64,000 nucleotides of DNA from Anaeramoeba ignava BMAN (taxonomy: Eukaryota; Protista; Anaeramoebae). Each line of letters begins with the position of its first letter. The stretch's first letter is position 1. The notes below the pieces were generated by a model, which did not search any database, was not told the origin of the DNA, and was given only the letters and a program-made list of their open reading frames with translations. Positions 23,229 through 39,236 of this stretch are shown in pieces. Location of the stretch: positions 1-64,000 of the forward strand of contig JAPDFW010000141.1 in the NCBI GenBank assembly GCA_028826165.1, written 5' to 3'. Both the position numbers and the translations under genes were made by a program.

Positions 23229-26200
23229 ATGACAGAAACAAAACCAAAAAAACAAAAAAATTTAAAAATATTTTTACAACATCAACCAAATGGAACTGAA
23301 TTAAATAAACTTTGGAATCAAAGAAAAAAAGTATTTTATAAAAAATTTTTTAAATTAATTTAATATTTAATTTAAAATCTATTTTAGAAACATGAACTTG
23401 GTTGGTATTTTGATTTTGCAAGTTTATTTATAAGAAGTTATTATAGATGGAATCCAAATTCTCAACAATTTTTAGTTGATGGTTCTTCAAGATTCGAACA
23501 AATATTTCTTCAAGAACAAATTAAAGAAGCTGTTTTATTAGATTTAGCTCAACCTCCAAGTTTTGTAAGAAGAACTTCGTTTACTTTATATAGTTTTCAA
23601 GAGGATTTTAAATGTAAATTATAAATAAAATTATAAATTAAATTAAATTATAAATAAAATTATAAATTAAATTATAAATAAAATTAAAATCAAAATCAAA
23701 TCAAAATCAAAATCAAAATTAAAATTATAAATAAAATAAAAATTAAATTATAAATAAAATTATAAATTAAATTATAAATTAAATTATAAATAAAATTATA
23801 AATAAAATTAAAATATAAATAAAATTAAAATTATAAATAAAATTAAAATTAAAATTAAAATCAAAATCAAAATCAAAATCAAAATCAAAATCAAAATCAA
23901 AATCAAAATCAAAATTAAAATCAAAATAAAATAAATAAAAATAAAATAAAAATCAAAATAAAATCAAAATCAAAATCAAAATTAAAATCAAAATAAAAAC
24001 AAAATAAAAATCAATTAAAATCAAAATTAAAAATCAAATTATAAATAAAATCAAAATTAAAATCAAAATAATTAAAATCAAAATATAAATTAAAATCAAA
24101 ATCAAAATCAAAATTAAAATCAAAAACAAAATTAAAAATCAAAATCAAAAACAAAATTAAAAATCAAAATCAAAATCAAAATCAAAATCAAAATCAAAAT
24201 CAAAATTAAAATTAAAATTATAAATAAAATTAAAATTAAATTATAAATAAAATTATAAATAAAATTATAAATAAAATTATAAATAAAATTATAAATAAAA
24301 TTATAAATAAAATTATAATCAAAAACAAAATCAAAATTAAAATCAAAATCAAAATTATAAATAAAATTAAAATCAAAATTAAAAATTAAATAAAAATCAA
24401 AATCAAAATCAAAATCAAAATCAAAATCAAAATCAAAATCAAAATCAAAATCAAAATCAAAATCAAAATCAAAATCAAAATCAAAATCAAAATCAAAATC
24501 AAAATCAAAATCAAAATCAAAATCAAAATCAAAATCAAAATTAAAATCAAAATCAAAAACAAAATCAAAAACAAAATTAAAATTAAAATCAAAATCAAAA
24601 TTAAAATCAAAATTAAAATCAAAAATAAAATAAAAATCAAAATCAAAATCAAATTTATATATAAAAATATTTTAGTATTTCTCGGAGAAAAACAACTCCA
24701 TTTCTCACACATGTTCAAAAAAGATTTTATTAAATCTAAATCTGATATAAGTGACTCAAATGATGAATTAACACATTCATCAGAAGAAACACTATATTTA
24801 TCAAATCAAATCCAAAAAAAATTTGATTTTAGAAGTGCAATTGCTTTTGATGTTGTTCTAATTCTTTCAAGATCAAAATTTAATCGACAAGGATTATTAG
24901 AATCTCAATTTTTTGAATTATTATTGGGTTGCTTAAAACTAACAAATTTATTTCTAGAACAAACAAGAAGATTAGAAGTAAAAAATTAAATTTGTTTTTG
25001 AGATTTTTTTTTTCACATTTTTTATTTTCTCGTTGTTTAAAAAGATATTTGATAAATCTTCATTGATTGCTGAACCTGTTCTTGTTAACGATTTACTTCT
25101 TATCAATTTCCTCATTTCAAATATTTTGGATTCTTTTTCATCTTTTTTGAATCCTTATGACGAGGTTATAGAAAAAAATTCTTCACCACAAATCCAAAAA
25201 TACACTAATTGGTTTAAAGATTATCAAGTTTTTGATTCTTTAATCGGTAACTTGATTATTTTTTTTTAATTTGTTTAATTAATTAATTTTTTTTCATTTG
25301 AAAATTTTAAATCTTAGAAACTTTGGAAAAGTTTATTTATCTCGGTCAAACAACAATTCTAACATCAAAACATTATGAAATTGAATTGAAATTCTTGAAT
25401 ATTTTTGATTTATTTATGAGCTATGGAATGCTATCAGAAAATGATGCCAAAAGTTTTATTGATAATTTTGTCTCATCTTTCAAACCAAAAGACTCTTTAC
25501 TAGAAACAATTATGGATCAAGAAAAGAAACAACAGGAATATTTTAGTTTGTTTACAACAGAAACAGTTCCTGATATTTATAAAACAAATTACTTTGATTT
25601 TTATGAGAGAAAAAAGAATGATTCTGGAAAGGATAATTTCTTATTCATATCTTTATATCAAGCAAATATTTTGGAATTCCAAACAAAAATGAGAATTCTT
25701 CAAGTGATCCAAAAATTCAGTCTTTCTAAATCTCCAATTCAACAGATTTTGTTTTCAAATCAATCATTTGACTATTTAACAGATTTTGTACTTTGGGTTT
25801 CAATGACTTTTCCAAGTCAATGGATAGAGAAATATATTAAATATGAAAAACAATTATTAAATGAAAATCTAAATCAAAATCAAAATTCAAATGAAAATCT
25901 AAATCTAAATCAAAATTCAAATGAAATTGTGAAAAATAAATTTCATGCAAAATTCCAAATATATTTTGGATACTCAACCCATAAAAAAATTTCTGTAGAA
26001 ATCCAACTAATTTCTCCATCAGGAAAACCAGGAATATTCTACACAAAGATATTTCTATTTAAATATTTCAAATGGTAAATTAAATTAAATTAAATTAAAT
26101 CAAAAAAGAAATGGATGAACTAAATAGGATTTTTCTTTTTCTTTTTCTTTTTCTTTTAATTGAATATTATGCTCTATTTATATGTAAATATAGGTATGAA

Positions 26201-29200
26201 TCTCCATGAGCGTATTCAACCAAAAGCAATTTTCCAACATTTTACGCAAATGGATATTCCTAAGCCATCTAATTTTCAAGCACCTTCAAATTATCATCTT
26301 CAGCAATTATTATATCAATTAAATGAAATTTGTTTTTTGAGTCTCCAAAAAAATCAAAAATCAAAAATGGAAAGTAATTTAGAAAGTAAAATTCAAGAAA
26401 AACTTACTCTGAAAGAGAATATCATTATAGCATGTCTTAGAATCTTCGATGATAATTTCCATCCAACTTCTGTAAATAAAAAAATTAGAGAATTTCTATT
26501 ATCAATCGATCCAGAACCTCAAATGCTTGTTTTGCATTTTCTGATTGATCAAATTGGAAATGAAGAACTTCCAGTTTTAAGACAAAATGGGATTTGGAAA
26601 ATTTTATTTTCGAGATATTTTTATCATCATTTCAACAAAGTGTGTTTATTCAAATTTAAAAATTTAAAAATTTAAAAATTTAAATATTTCTTTTTGTTTT
26701 TCAGTTAATGAAATCACAAGAAGGAAACGAAATTTTATTGCAGATACATAAAATTTTGCTTGATTATTTTTCTTACATTCTGCAATATGATCCAAATGCA
26801 GAAAATCTTGAATTTTTGACTGATTTTATGATCTCAAACAAGAAACAACTTGGGATTGTTCAAGATTGCTTCCTGATATTAACGCACAATTTACAAACAA
26901 ACCTAGAATCAACACAGTCACTATTCATGGAAACAAAAGGATTGGAAACAATCTCACAAATGGTTGATTATTATCGAATTATCCAAGAAGAATATAATAT
27001 GCAAATCAAAAGATGGGAACAAGAAAAATCAATGGATGAAAAAAATGAAACAAAATTAATAGCAATGGAAATGCCTGAATTTGGATATGATGAAGAACAG
27101 TTTTATCAGACACGAAAAGTAGCATTCAATGTGCTGGATATGATTCTTTTCTCTGATAAAATGCTTGCGTTTGGAGCAGAAATTGAAACACTTGTTATGG
27201 CACTTTTTGAACTTCTTTTAGAACCACAAGTTAAAAATTATTCTCTTCATCTCCTTTCAGGATTTTTAAGAAGTAAAGGCAATCAAAAGAAGCCAAATTA
27301 GTTGGGATTGCGTGAATTTTTATATCAAGAAATTGCAAGAAACAGGAGAATTTTTGCACAAATTATCAAGTGAAAAAAGTGAATATAAATATATTGTTAG
27401 TTTGATTGGAGAAATGCTCAAATACTGGGCAGCAGCAATTTCCCAAGGAGATCGACATCTCCAGAACCGTTTTGTGCGTGCAAAAAGCTTTGAGGTTGTT
27501 TGTGGGTTTTTGAAACACGATGTTTTGCGAGACACTTTGATTAATGAAATTTTCCGAATTTTGATTGCGTTACTTCTCGAAAGCACAGAAAACCAAGGCA
27601 TTTTCAACGAACAAATTGGATGGGAAAACCTTTGCTTCCTTGCTTGTGAAATCACAGTCTCGGAAAACGGAAATTTTTGATCTTTTGTTCCAAATGCTTG
27701 TTGGCGAATCTGATTTTGATTTGGAACATAATTTTATCATAAAAAATCCAGGAGTTGTTCTTGTTTTATTCCAAGTATTCTCACAATTTCTAAAATCAAA
27801 AAAATCAAAATCAAAATCAAAATCAGACAAGATCATGAAAGATGATGAAGAATATTTCCGAAGATTAACAAAGACTTTTGAAGAAATGTGCCGCAAATCA
27901 ATTAACAACACATCGATTTGTTGTGAAAATGGATTGGTTTATTTTTTATTAAATTTGATTCCATACACAAAATCACGAGATGTTTCACAAATGGTGTTAG
28001 ATCTTATTGGAGTTCTTGGATCGCATCGAATCACAGTCAAAGAATTAAAATTGATGTTCTCCTTGCTTAAGAGTGATTCAAGCAAGATGCGTCCACCATT
28101 TTCAACACAAATGTTAGAGAAAATGCTGCAAATCATTTCAATAGAAAAAGAAGAACCGAATAGTTTTTTTGATTTTAATGGAAGAGATAGTTGCATTGAA
28201 GTTCCTTCTTTGTATCCATGGCCATCAGCAAAAGGATATTCATTTTGCACTTGGATAAGAGTGGAAAGTTTTACTTCACCAATTTACAAACCAAATTACA
28301 AGCCAAGAGTGTTTAGTTTTCTCAGCAGTCATCATGGGATTGAATTGTTATTTTCACCACTTGTTGTTGTTGAAACCCAGAGTTTTATGAAAAAGCAGAA
28401 TAAGTTGAATTCAAATTCAAATTTAAATATAAATTCAAATTCAAATTCAAATTTAAATATAAATGAAGTTAAGGATGCGGAAGTGAATGTGGAGGTTCGT
28501 GTTATCATTTCCACTCAAGTTGAAATTGCAAGCTTTCCTTTAAAAATACCTATTTGCAAATGGTTCTTCTTATCGATATCACATTCAAGTAGTCGATGGG
28601 TATCAAACGGCACAATCTCTATTTTTATCAATGGCGATTTAAAGAAGGAAAGATCTTTAAAATATCCAAAAACGCGGAAAGCATTTCGCAAAAACAGGAT
28701 TGGATCAAATTTCGATATCAATCCCAAAAATATTGAAATAGGAGTGAATCCTTTTTACGGACAAATGGGAACTTTGTATTTTTTTGATGATGTTCTTGGT
28801 TTGTCTGAAATGAAAGGGATTTATAAACTTGGAGCAAGATATAATTCTCATTTCTATGAGTGTGAAATTAGTGATTATCAAAGTGATGAAGATATTGCCT
28901 TGGTTTTGAATGGAGCACTTTCAAATAAGATATTTTTGTATTTGAGCAGTCAAGCTACTGAGCAAGGATTTTGTTTTGATGATTCTCCTAATAGTATTTT
29001 GAAGAGTAAAGCAAAATTGAGAGGGTTATTTAAATGTATTTCTACAAAAATTGAAGATATTGTTTATTGTATTGGTGGAATGCAAGTTTTATTACCCTTA
29101 ATTTTGCAGATTGATCAACAAGAACCAGAAAATTTCAAGGATTTAGACGAAAGTGAAAATAATGATGAAAATAATGAAAATAATAATGAAAATAATAATG

Positions 29201-32200
29201 AAAATAATAATAATAATGAAAATAATAGTTTTAATCCGCCAAAAAAGTAGAAACTTTTGCACTTTAATCTTCACATTATTAACAAATATTTTGATACATA
29301 ACAAAAATAACCAAAACGATATGGTCAATTCATCAGGATTTTCAATGATATCATATCTTCTCAAGAAAATTCATCCAAAACACATTCCAAGCAAAATATT
29401 CATTCCAATCCAAAAATTAATATCAGAATCTGCGAACAAAAAATTGCAAAAACATTTATTATTCAATTTACTGATGGATTTTGATTTATGGATATATTGT
29501 CCACTAAGCATACAAAAAACAATTTTGTCAATATTCTCGAAAAAAATACTGTATATTAGAAAGGAAGAAGATGTTGATTTAAGTGTTCGTCACTTGTTTG
29601 ATTTAATGAGAAATTACTATTGGATAGAACCTGCAAAATATTCAAGAGGAAAAGAGAAGAAAATTGAGACAATAAATGGGACGGCATTAGGACAAAGACC
29701 CAAAAAAGAGGATATTTTGGAAATTAGAGAGCAGCTATTACGACTTGCTGAAATGCTTATGAGTTGTGTTGTTGAATTTAAATCTCTTGGACAAAATTTC
29801 AAGTTTTTAGTTGTGAGCTTGTTTATTGAAGAAGAAAAAGAATTTTCACTGAAAATATTGAAGATGATACAAAGACTGATGAGTAAAAATCGAGAAAAAT
29901 ATGTTGATGTTTTACAAGAAGTTGATTTTATGGATATTTTCATATTGTCAATGGATACTGAAGATGAAAAGATCCGAGAGGAAAGTTTGAGAATTGTGAA
30001 AATGCTTGATGAATTAAGTGTAGAAATGGAACAATATTCTGGATTGAAGAAAAAAAGAAAGCTGATATCAAGAGTTAGTGATCGAATTGGATATCATTTA
30101 ATTCACAGAATTTTGAAAAAATATAAGTTAACAAAAGAAATTGCAGAATGTTTAGAAACACTTATTAGAAGAGAGATTCCTTCAAAATCAAAATTTGGTA
30201 AAAAGGAAGAAAGACGAAGATTGAAATTTGAAAATTTCCAAATTTTTAGTACCCTTTTTAGACTTATTGGAACAAGTTTGAATTCTTTGGGTTCGGAAGT
30301 TGCTGAAAGATTGAGATTAATGATTCTTCAATCACCACAATCTAAAGAGAAAATTATTGAATATTTTGAATGGCAACGATGGGTTATTGAACTTATTGAG
30401 ATGGTTATTAAGAGTTCTCGGCAAGATTTAGAAGAAAATGAAAATGAAAATGAAAATGAAAATCAAAATTCAAAATTAAAAATGAAAATGAAAATGAAAA
30501 TAAAATTGAAAATGAAAATCAAAATCAAAATCAAAATCAAAATCAAATTGAAAATGAAAATCAAATTGAAAATAAAATTGAAAATCAAAATCAAATTGAA
30601 AATCAAAATCAAAATCAAAATCAAATTGAAAATGAAAATGAAATTGAAAATCAAAATCAAAATCAAAATCAAAATGAAAATGAAAATGAAATTGAAAATC
30701 AAAATCAAAATCAAAATCAAAATCAAAATGAAATTGAAAATCAAAATCAAAATCAAAATCAAAATCAAAATGAAATTGAAAATCAAAATCAAAATCAAAT
30801 TAAAAATGAAAATGAAAATGAAAATCAAAATCAAAATAAAAATCAAAATCAAAATAAAAATCAAAATCAAAATGAAATTGAAAATGAAATTGAAAATCAA
30901 AATGAAAATCAAAATAAAATTGGAAATCAAAATGGGATTAAAAATGAAAATCAAATTGAAAATAAAAATCAAATTGAAAATAAAATTGAAAATAAAAATC
31001 AAACTAAAAATCAAATTGAAAATCAAAATAAAAATCAAAATCAAATTGGAAATGAAAATGAAAATCAAATTGAAAATCAAAAATCAAATTGAAAATAAAA
31101 TTGAAAATAAAATAGAAAATAAAATTGAAAATCAAAATCAAAATCAAAATCAAATTGAAAATCAAAATCAAAATCAAAATCAAAATCAAAATCAAATTGA
31201 AAATCAAAAATCAAAATCAAAATCAAAATCAAATTGAAAATGAAATTGAAAATAATGAAAATCAAAACAAATCACTGTTTGTAAATCAAATCGGTGAAAT
31301 AGCAGTTAATATAATTAAAGAATTACACATATATGCTCTCTTAATAATGAAAGATGGATGGAAACATGTTGAACGAACAGTCTGGTTTGTAAAAGTATTT
31401 TATTTCCCAAAAAAAATCGCATTCCAACAACTTCTTTTATTTCAAATATTCGATGACATAATTGATGGATTATCAGGAATATTCCAGAAAAAAAACCAAA
31501 GAAAATCACGACAAACAGAATTAAGTGACACATTTATAGAAAACTTGTTCCATTTGTTAGTTCTAGTTGATTCTTTTCTTAACGATGGAGACAAGCACCT
31601 TATGGTGCAACCAAAAGAAGAAAGAGAAGTACAAGATGAATTGCATGACATTTCAACAGAAAAAGATGGAGAACAAGAAAAACAATGGTTTCGGATAAAT
31701 GAACAAAGCGATGAAGAAACCACCAAAAAGAAGATTGGAAATGATGAATGGAGATTTTTTTTATTGAGTAAAAAAATAATAGGATTTCTTGATTTGATCA
31801 ACTTTTTCGACAAAAATGGAGTTTCTTTTGGAGACAAATCCTCATCGGCCACAGCAGCTGAAATTGTTGTGGTTCTGATGCTGAATCTTGTGCGGATGAA
31901 TGTGGGGATTGATGAAGAAATATACCATTTGGATCTTCTGATGAAATTTCTAGTTGGACCTTTACAATTAGTTTCTTTATCAGAAAAAGTTCGACATTTG
32001 GCAGTTTTTGTTTTCTCGATTATTTTCACTTTCTACACAAAAGAAACCAATGATCTCACAACAAACGAGCTTAAAAATCTCCCACGAATAGATGTTTCGG
32101 ATCATCTTCGCGATCGAAATCCACAAAACAAATTTTCTGTTGAAACGGAAGAAAAGAGAACAGCCGAAGTTGACAGTCAATCTTCAGGACAAAAACAGCA

Positions 32201-35200
32201 GCAAAGCAAGAATCAACAAGCACAAAGACAGACACATAGAGAGCTCTGTGTAAGAAGAGCAGGGATGTATTTGTCGTATTTGCACTTCTTGGTTTTGAAG
32301 ACGAAAAACTTTGTTCTTGAATATCCACAGAAACAATTGCGCACACTTGCTGTTCAAAAGGAGATGCAGACACTCCGCGCACAGAATCTTGGAGCAGAAG
32401 ATATTGTGGAATTATTTGCACACCCGAATTGGAAATTTGCATTGATCAAATGCTTTGAAACAGAGTGCGGAAAAATTGCAGTTGAACAAATGGGAAGACA
32501 AATGACATATCAAGAACGAGTTCAGCGCGCAACATCAGGCTTGAAGGAGCAGTATCAAGCGGATCATTTAGAGCGCAAGAAGACTTCTGATCGGATCAAG
32601 AAGAATGCGCAGAAGACAATTTCGCTATTAGTTTCACGCGAGCGCGAAAGACGGGGAATTAAAGATTCGACTTGGACATATAAGCAAGTTGATGTTGCTC
32701 AACGATGTCGCAGTATTTTGCATGGAATTGTTCATGGTCGAGGTTTGTGGTCGAGAGACCAAGAGTCGTCGACAGATATTCACTGGCAATTAGACTCGCG
32801 AGAGATGTTTTTAAGGATGAGAAATCGCATGAAACAAAATTTCAATTTTAATAATCATAAAGAAGCTTCATTAAGACGTGATCTTGGCGGCCCAATTGCA
32901 GAAACAGAAATGCGTATCGAGACCCAGATCAAGCTCGCACAACAAGCTAAGCGATCTCTTTCTACGATTGAACGTGCGCTTGAATCCCCTGATGTTCTTG
33001 ATGCAGACCAAAACCCCAAACAAATTCGCGAAACCCCTTTAAATGAAGTTGAAAATTCAAAAATTACAATTAAATCAGATCATGAAAAGATCTTTATTGA
33101 TAGTGATTTTGATCATGAGGATTCTGTGAAAAATGCTGTTATTTTTTCTTCTAAATGTGTTTTTGTTAAGCCTTTGTTTAAGGAAGAGGGTATTTTAGAG
33201 ATTACTTCTAGGACGATATCATTTTTAATCAAGAATCAAGAAGAAGAAAATTTAGAAGAAAATTTAAATTCAAATCAAAATTCAAATCAAAATTCAAATC
33301 AAAATTTAAATCAAAGTTCAAAACAAAATTCAAATCAAAATTTAAATCAAAATTTAAAAGAAAATTTAAATCAAAATTTAAATCAAAATTCAAATCAAAA
33401 TTTAAATCAAAATTCAAATCAAAATTCAAATCAAAATTCAAAAGAAAAAGGAAAAAGTCGCGTTTGGCAAGCTTCTTCAGTAGTTGCAATCTTCCCAAGA
33501 AGATTCTTACACCAAAGAACAGCAATTGAAATATTCTTCTCAACAAGAAAAACAATAATGATCAACTTCCCAACAATAGAAATAAGAAAAAAAGCACAAA
33601 GAAGATTAAGGGCAATTGAACCAGAAAAACTAACAGGATCTTCATCATACTATGCACAGCAAATACGGAACCTGAAAGCAGTAGCAGATCGAACAAGAAA
33701 ATGGAGAAGAAGAGAAATAACGAATTTTGAGTATTTAATGGATCTAAACACACTTGCAGGAAGAACATACAAAGATCTGTCACAGTATCCGGTATTCCCT
33801 TGGGTGCTCGCAGACTATGAGAGTGAGGAACTTGATCTCAAAAAACCGCAGACGTTCCGTGATTTATCAAGACCTGTCGGTGCACTTGACGAGACCCGAT
33901 GGGTTGGCTTGCAGAAAAAGTTCTCAGCGTTCCCAGAAGACATGGCGCCCTTTCATCATGGCTCGCACTACTCGAACCCAGGAATTGTACTTTGGTTTCT
34001 CCTGAGATTGGAGCCTTTTACAACGCTAGCTGTCAAGTTTCAGGACGACAAGTTTGATAAACCCGATAGGCTGTTTTCATCCATCCAACTTGCATGGATG
34101 AATTGCAACAAAAACCCCGCAGATGTTAAGGAGTTGATTCCAGAAATGTTCTATCTACCTGAGATGCTTAGAAATGAGAATTGTTTTGATCTCGGAATCC
34201 AACAAAATAAGATTCAAGTTGGAGATGTTGAGCTTCCCCCATGGGCCTCAACACCAGAGATATTCGTCCGTAAGCACCGCGAAGCTCTTGAATCAGACTA
34301 TGTCTCTGAGAATCTGCACCATTGGATCGACCTTATATTTGGTGTTCGACAACAGGGATCTTTAGCTGTCGAATCACTTAACGTTTTCCATTCGCTCACT
34401 TATTCCGATCTTGTTGACTTCGGCACAATCCCAGAAAACGATCTGGCATCGGTGTATGCGCAGATAGAGAACTACGGCCAGACACCAAAGCAGCTTTTCC
34501 GCAAGCCGCATCTGCAAAGACGCACTCGTGTGCAGATAGCGTTTGAGAATTTTGTGTGGAGTTCGAATTGGATCAAAAACGATCTCCAACATCTTTATGT
34601 CCAACTTTCAACAGACCCGCTTCTTTTCCTGCATCTAATCGAACTTGGGAAGTCCTTAGCATTTTTAGGCTCGTATAACAAACTAATTGTTTTCGATGCG
34701 GCAATGAAGTTTCGATTGTTTGATTGTATCCCAAACACATCGCCAACATCACCGTTCCCCTTTAGTTTCGATGTGGACACAACAACAACAAAGCATCAAC
34801 GGGCTCATTTACCGTTACGTCGCCACGCAAATTTGCGGCGGTTCCCAAATTTCTTTACACTTGCACCAGATGCGCAATCATTCATCTGCTGCGGATTTTG
34901 GGACAACTCTTTCAAGATCATCAACATCGACACATCACGGACTGAGCAATCCATCACGACCCACAAAAGCCCAGTCACCTGTGTCGCGCTCGCAGGAGAC
35001 ATACTCGCCACAGGCTCAATGGATACAACAGTCGCCTTGTGGGAATTTGATTCCCATCGCGGAAGAGTATCGACTTCTCCTATTCATATCCTTCATGGCC
35101 ACAACGACTCCATTGTCTCTCTTGATTTGAGCATCATCTTCGATCTTGTCGTAACAGGTTCTTCTGATGGCACTTGTATGTTCTTCTCCCTAACAGAAGG

Positions 35201-35576
35201 CAAGCATATCCGCACGCTTTCTGTTGCCAAAAAAAATACTCCAGTTTCACTTGTTAAAATTTCCGTTGCCGGAATTATTGTTGTTTATTCAGAATCAAAT
35301 TGTAATTTGTCAGCTTTTTCTATCAACGGTCATCTTCTTGCTTCTCTTGATTCTCCTCATGATATTTCTTCTATTGTTCTTCTCAAAAATTCTCCTTTTC
35401 TTGTTTGTTCCACTTTTTCAGGTTTTGTTCAATTTCGTTCTTTGCATGATCTTACTTTGGTTCGTTCTTTTGATGCAAAGAGTCCTGTTGTTTCTTTGGC
35501 TTTATCTTTGAATGAAACTTTTGTTCTTGCTGGAACTCAAGATGGAAGATTGTTTTTTGGGTTTTCACTTTTTTAA
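23229..35576 (+). CDS. BEACH-domain protein (neurobeachin/NBEAL-like: ConA-like, DUF4704-like, PH, BEACH, WD40); multi-exon 5' part, several frameshifts
   Basis: FFDFNG...WPSAKGYSFCTWIRVE; CIGGMQVLLPL; LLMDFDLWIY; RRFLHQRTAIEIF; ITNFEYLMDLNTLAGRTYKDLSQYPVFPWVL; HHGSHYS; DVKELIPEMFY; LHHWIDLIFG; NYGQTPKQLF; WD40 repeats. Exon 1 starts MTETKPKK at 23229. Confidence 0.92.
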
Positions 35577-35699
35577 ATAAAAAAATAAAACAAATTTAAA
35601 TTAAATTTAAATTAAAATTTAAATAAAAAAATAAATTAAAATTTAAATAAAAAAATAAATTAAAATTTAAATAAAAAAAAAAAATAAATTTAAATTAAA

Positions 35700-36125
35700 A
35701 AATAAAAGAAATTTAAATTAAAAAATAAAAGAAAAAGTGGAACAAATTTTAGAACAAATTTTAAATTAAATTTAAATTAAAAAATAAAATAAATTTGAAT
35801 TAAAAAATAAAACAAAAAGTGGAACAAATTTTAGAACAAATTTTAAATTAAATTTAAATTAAATTTTTAAACAATTTTTAATTAAAAAATAAAAGAAAAT
35901 TTGAATTAAAAAAGAAAAGAAAAAGTGGAACAAATTTTAGAACAAATTTTAAAACAAATTTTAAATTAAATTTTAATTAAAAAATAAAATAAATTTAAAT
36001 TAAAAAATAAAACAAAAAGTGGAACAAATTTTAGAACAAATTTTAAATTAAATTTAAATTAAATTTTTAAACAATTTTTAATTAAAAAATAAAAGAAAAT
36101 TTGAATTAAAAAAGAAAAGAAAAAG
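35700..36125. repeat. Short intergenic tandem duplication (4 copies of AAAAGTGGAACAAATTTTAGAACAAATTTT, ~190-bp higher-order unit)
   Basis: The motif occurs at about 35733, 35816, 35921 and 36015, between convergent genes. Confidence 0.75.
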
Positions 36126-36288
36126 AAATAAGAATTCTACAAAATACATAATTAATTAATATTCCTTTTTTTTGATTCAATTCTTTTTTCTTTTCTTTTC
36201 TTTTTTTTTTTCAGAAAACAAAACAAAACAAATCAATTAAAAAAAATTCAAAAAAAAAACTTATTGCATTAATCTTTGTTTTTTTTTT

Positions 36289-38834
36289 TCAGAAATTAAC
36301 TGAAAACGGTAATTTCCTTGTTATAGCTTCTATTGGTTGAGGAAAAGGTTCAATTTCTCCTTTCATAAAATCATTTAAACTAAGAAACTCATTCAATTCA
36401 GTTTCATAAATTAAACCATATAAATTTGATGTTTTTGGAATTAACCATTGAACATAACATAAATAATTTGGTGATTCTCGATGAAAATTTTTAATAATTG
36501 CAAAAATTTCCATTCCATTTTCAAGTCTCATTCCAACGCAATCTCCTCTTGATACTGTTATAATATCTTTTTTTTGATCAAAATTTTCTAGTGAATTTTG
36601 ATCTTTATTTTTAACAAGATTTTTAACAAAATTTTCAACAAGGTTATGATTTTGGTTTTGGTTTTGATTGTTTCGATTATATTTATGATTTTGATTTTGA
36701 TTTTGAATTTGATTTTGATTTTGATTTTGATTTTGATTTTGATTTTGATTTTGATTTTGATTTTGATTTTGATTTTGAATTTGATTTTGATTTTGATTTT
36801 GATTTTGATTTTGATTTTGATTTTGAATTTGATTTGATTATGATTTTCCATTTGGTTGTAATTATAGTTACGATTATAGTTATGATTATGTTTGTGGTTA
36901 TGCTTTAAAATTTGATTCAAAATTTGATTTTGAAAATTATTTTGATTCTCAACAGAATTTTGATATTGATTTTGATTTTGATTTTGATTTTGAATTTGAT
37001 TTTGATTTTGATTTTGATTTTGATTTTGATTTTGATTTTGATTTTGATTTTGATTTTGAATTTGATTTTGAATTTGATTTTGATTTTGATTTTGAATTTG
37101 ATTTTGATTTTGAATTTGATTTTGAATTTGAATTTGATTTTGATTTTGATTTTGATTTTGAATTTGATTTTGGATTTGATTTTGATTTTGGATTTGATTT
37201 TGATTTTGATTTTGATTTTGAATTTGATTTTGATTTTGATTTTGATTTTGAATTTGATTTTGATTTTGATTTTGATTTTGAATTGTATTGAAGGTTTCAG
37301 TTATATTTTTTTCAATCTTAATATTTGTTTGTGGTTGTGATTGTGCTTGTGTTTGTATTTTTGTTTGTCTTTGGTTTTTGCTATTTATTTTTTTTTTGTT
37401 TTTTTTAGTTTTTTTAGATTTAATTTTTTTATTTTTTTGGGTTTTATGTTTTTGTCTTTTGTTATTTTGTTTCTTTTGTTTTTTGGGATTTTGATTTTGA
37501 ATTGGATTTTGAATTGGATTTTGAATTTGATTTTGAATTGGATTTTGATTTTGAATTTGATTTTGAATTTGATTTTGAATTGGATTTTGAATTGGATTTT
37601 GAATTGAATTTTTAATTAAATTATTTTCTTTTTCTTTTTCTTTTTCTTTTTCTTCATGTAAAATTGAATTTAAAGTTTGATTTTGGTTTTGACTTAAATT
37701 TAAACTTTCTTCTTCATGTAAAATTGAATTTAGAGTTTGAATTTGAATTGGATTTTGAAATTTGAAGAATTTTGAATTGAATTTTGAATTGGATTTTGAA
37801 TTGGATTTTGAATTGGATTTTGAATTGAATTTTGAATTGGATTTTGAATTGGATTTTTGAATTGAATTTTGAATTGGATTTTTAATTAAATTATTTTCTT
37901 TTTCTTTTTCTTTTTCTTTTCCTTTTCCCTTTCCTTTTCTTAACAAAGTATTAGCACTTTTAACATCCTTTTCCTTTGAATTAAATTCAAAATTTTTCAA
38001 ATAACCAAAATCTTGACTATGAAAATGAGTAGAATTCCCATCTTCTACTTGATCTAAAGTATCCATTTGAATATTTTTTGATTTCAATTCTTTATAATCT
38101 TGAAGAATTTGATCAATAGAATAACTTATTTCTTGGGGTTGCAAAGAATTACTTATCAAAGCCTCCCGCGAGTCTTGAGAGGGCAAACGATGTAGCAAAT
38201 CAGAATAGATAGGCTGCTTTGAAGGTAAGTGATTCTTGTTTTGATCTACTACTTGGGAATCCTGTTTGGAAATTTGGGGGGTTTGATTTATATTATTGAC
38301 AAAAACCCCACAAACATCATTATGCATCTGCTCCAACGGCGGAAAGACCGTAGTTTTTTCTCTAACCGCTTTTGCACGCGAAGTACGTCTTGTTTTCATT
38401 TCTCGTGAGTGAACTGAACTGTCACCAATAATTGACGGAATGATGTTTTGTGGAGAAATTTGGTCTTGCATTTCATTAGGATGAAGAACAGAATCATCAG
38501 CACCTCTTTTTTTATGCTTCTTCTTTTCTCCACTCGAATCATTCTTTGTGTGGCTTGTGACTTTGGATACACCGTCTTTCTTGCGTGACTGGGATTTATG
38601 TTTTATTTTTTTTAGCTTTGTAGGTCGATCAGTTCCATGTCTTTTTCTAAAAACTGCGCATGCATTGCAATAGTGTTTGCCATCTACTTTGCGCCACAAT
38701 GGCGTGTTTTTTGTTTGGCAATTTGGATTTGCGCACACAATGTGTTCAGGTACATTTGTTACTGTTTTTCCGCTCGTTTTTATTTCTTCTCTTGTTTTTC
38801 CATTTGTTTTCATTTTTTCAGTTTTTTTTGACAT
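36289..38834 (-). CDS. GATA-type zinc finger transcription factor with a long N/Q-rich region (frameshifts in the repeats)
   Basis: [16 protein letters not shown]...[17 protein letters not shown] followed by a basic tail; the C-terminal segment lies in ORF 36289-36531. Confidence 0.85.
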
Positions 38835-39236
38835 TTTTAAATAATATAAAATAATATAAAATAATATAAAATAATATAAAAGAAATTAATTAAATTTATT
38901 AAAATTGTTTTTTGGGGTTTTGAATTAAGTTATTTTTAATAAACAAAGAAATAAACAAAAAAATTTTATTAAAAAAAAAAAGAGAAAAAAAAAATGAAAA
39001 AAAAAATTTATTATTTTTCTCCTTTTCTTTTTCATTTTTTTCATTTTTTTCCTTTTTTCTTTTTCTTTTTTTTCAATTCATTAATTTACATTTATTTGTC
39101 ACTTTTTTTAATTTTTAATTAATTTTTGATTTAATTTTTGATTTTATTTTAATTTATTTAAATTGTTATTATTTTCCAAAAAAAAAAAAAGAAATTAAAT
39201 TAAATTTTTAAAATTTTTAAAATTTTTCTTTCTGGA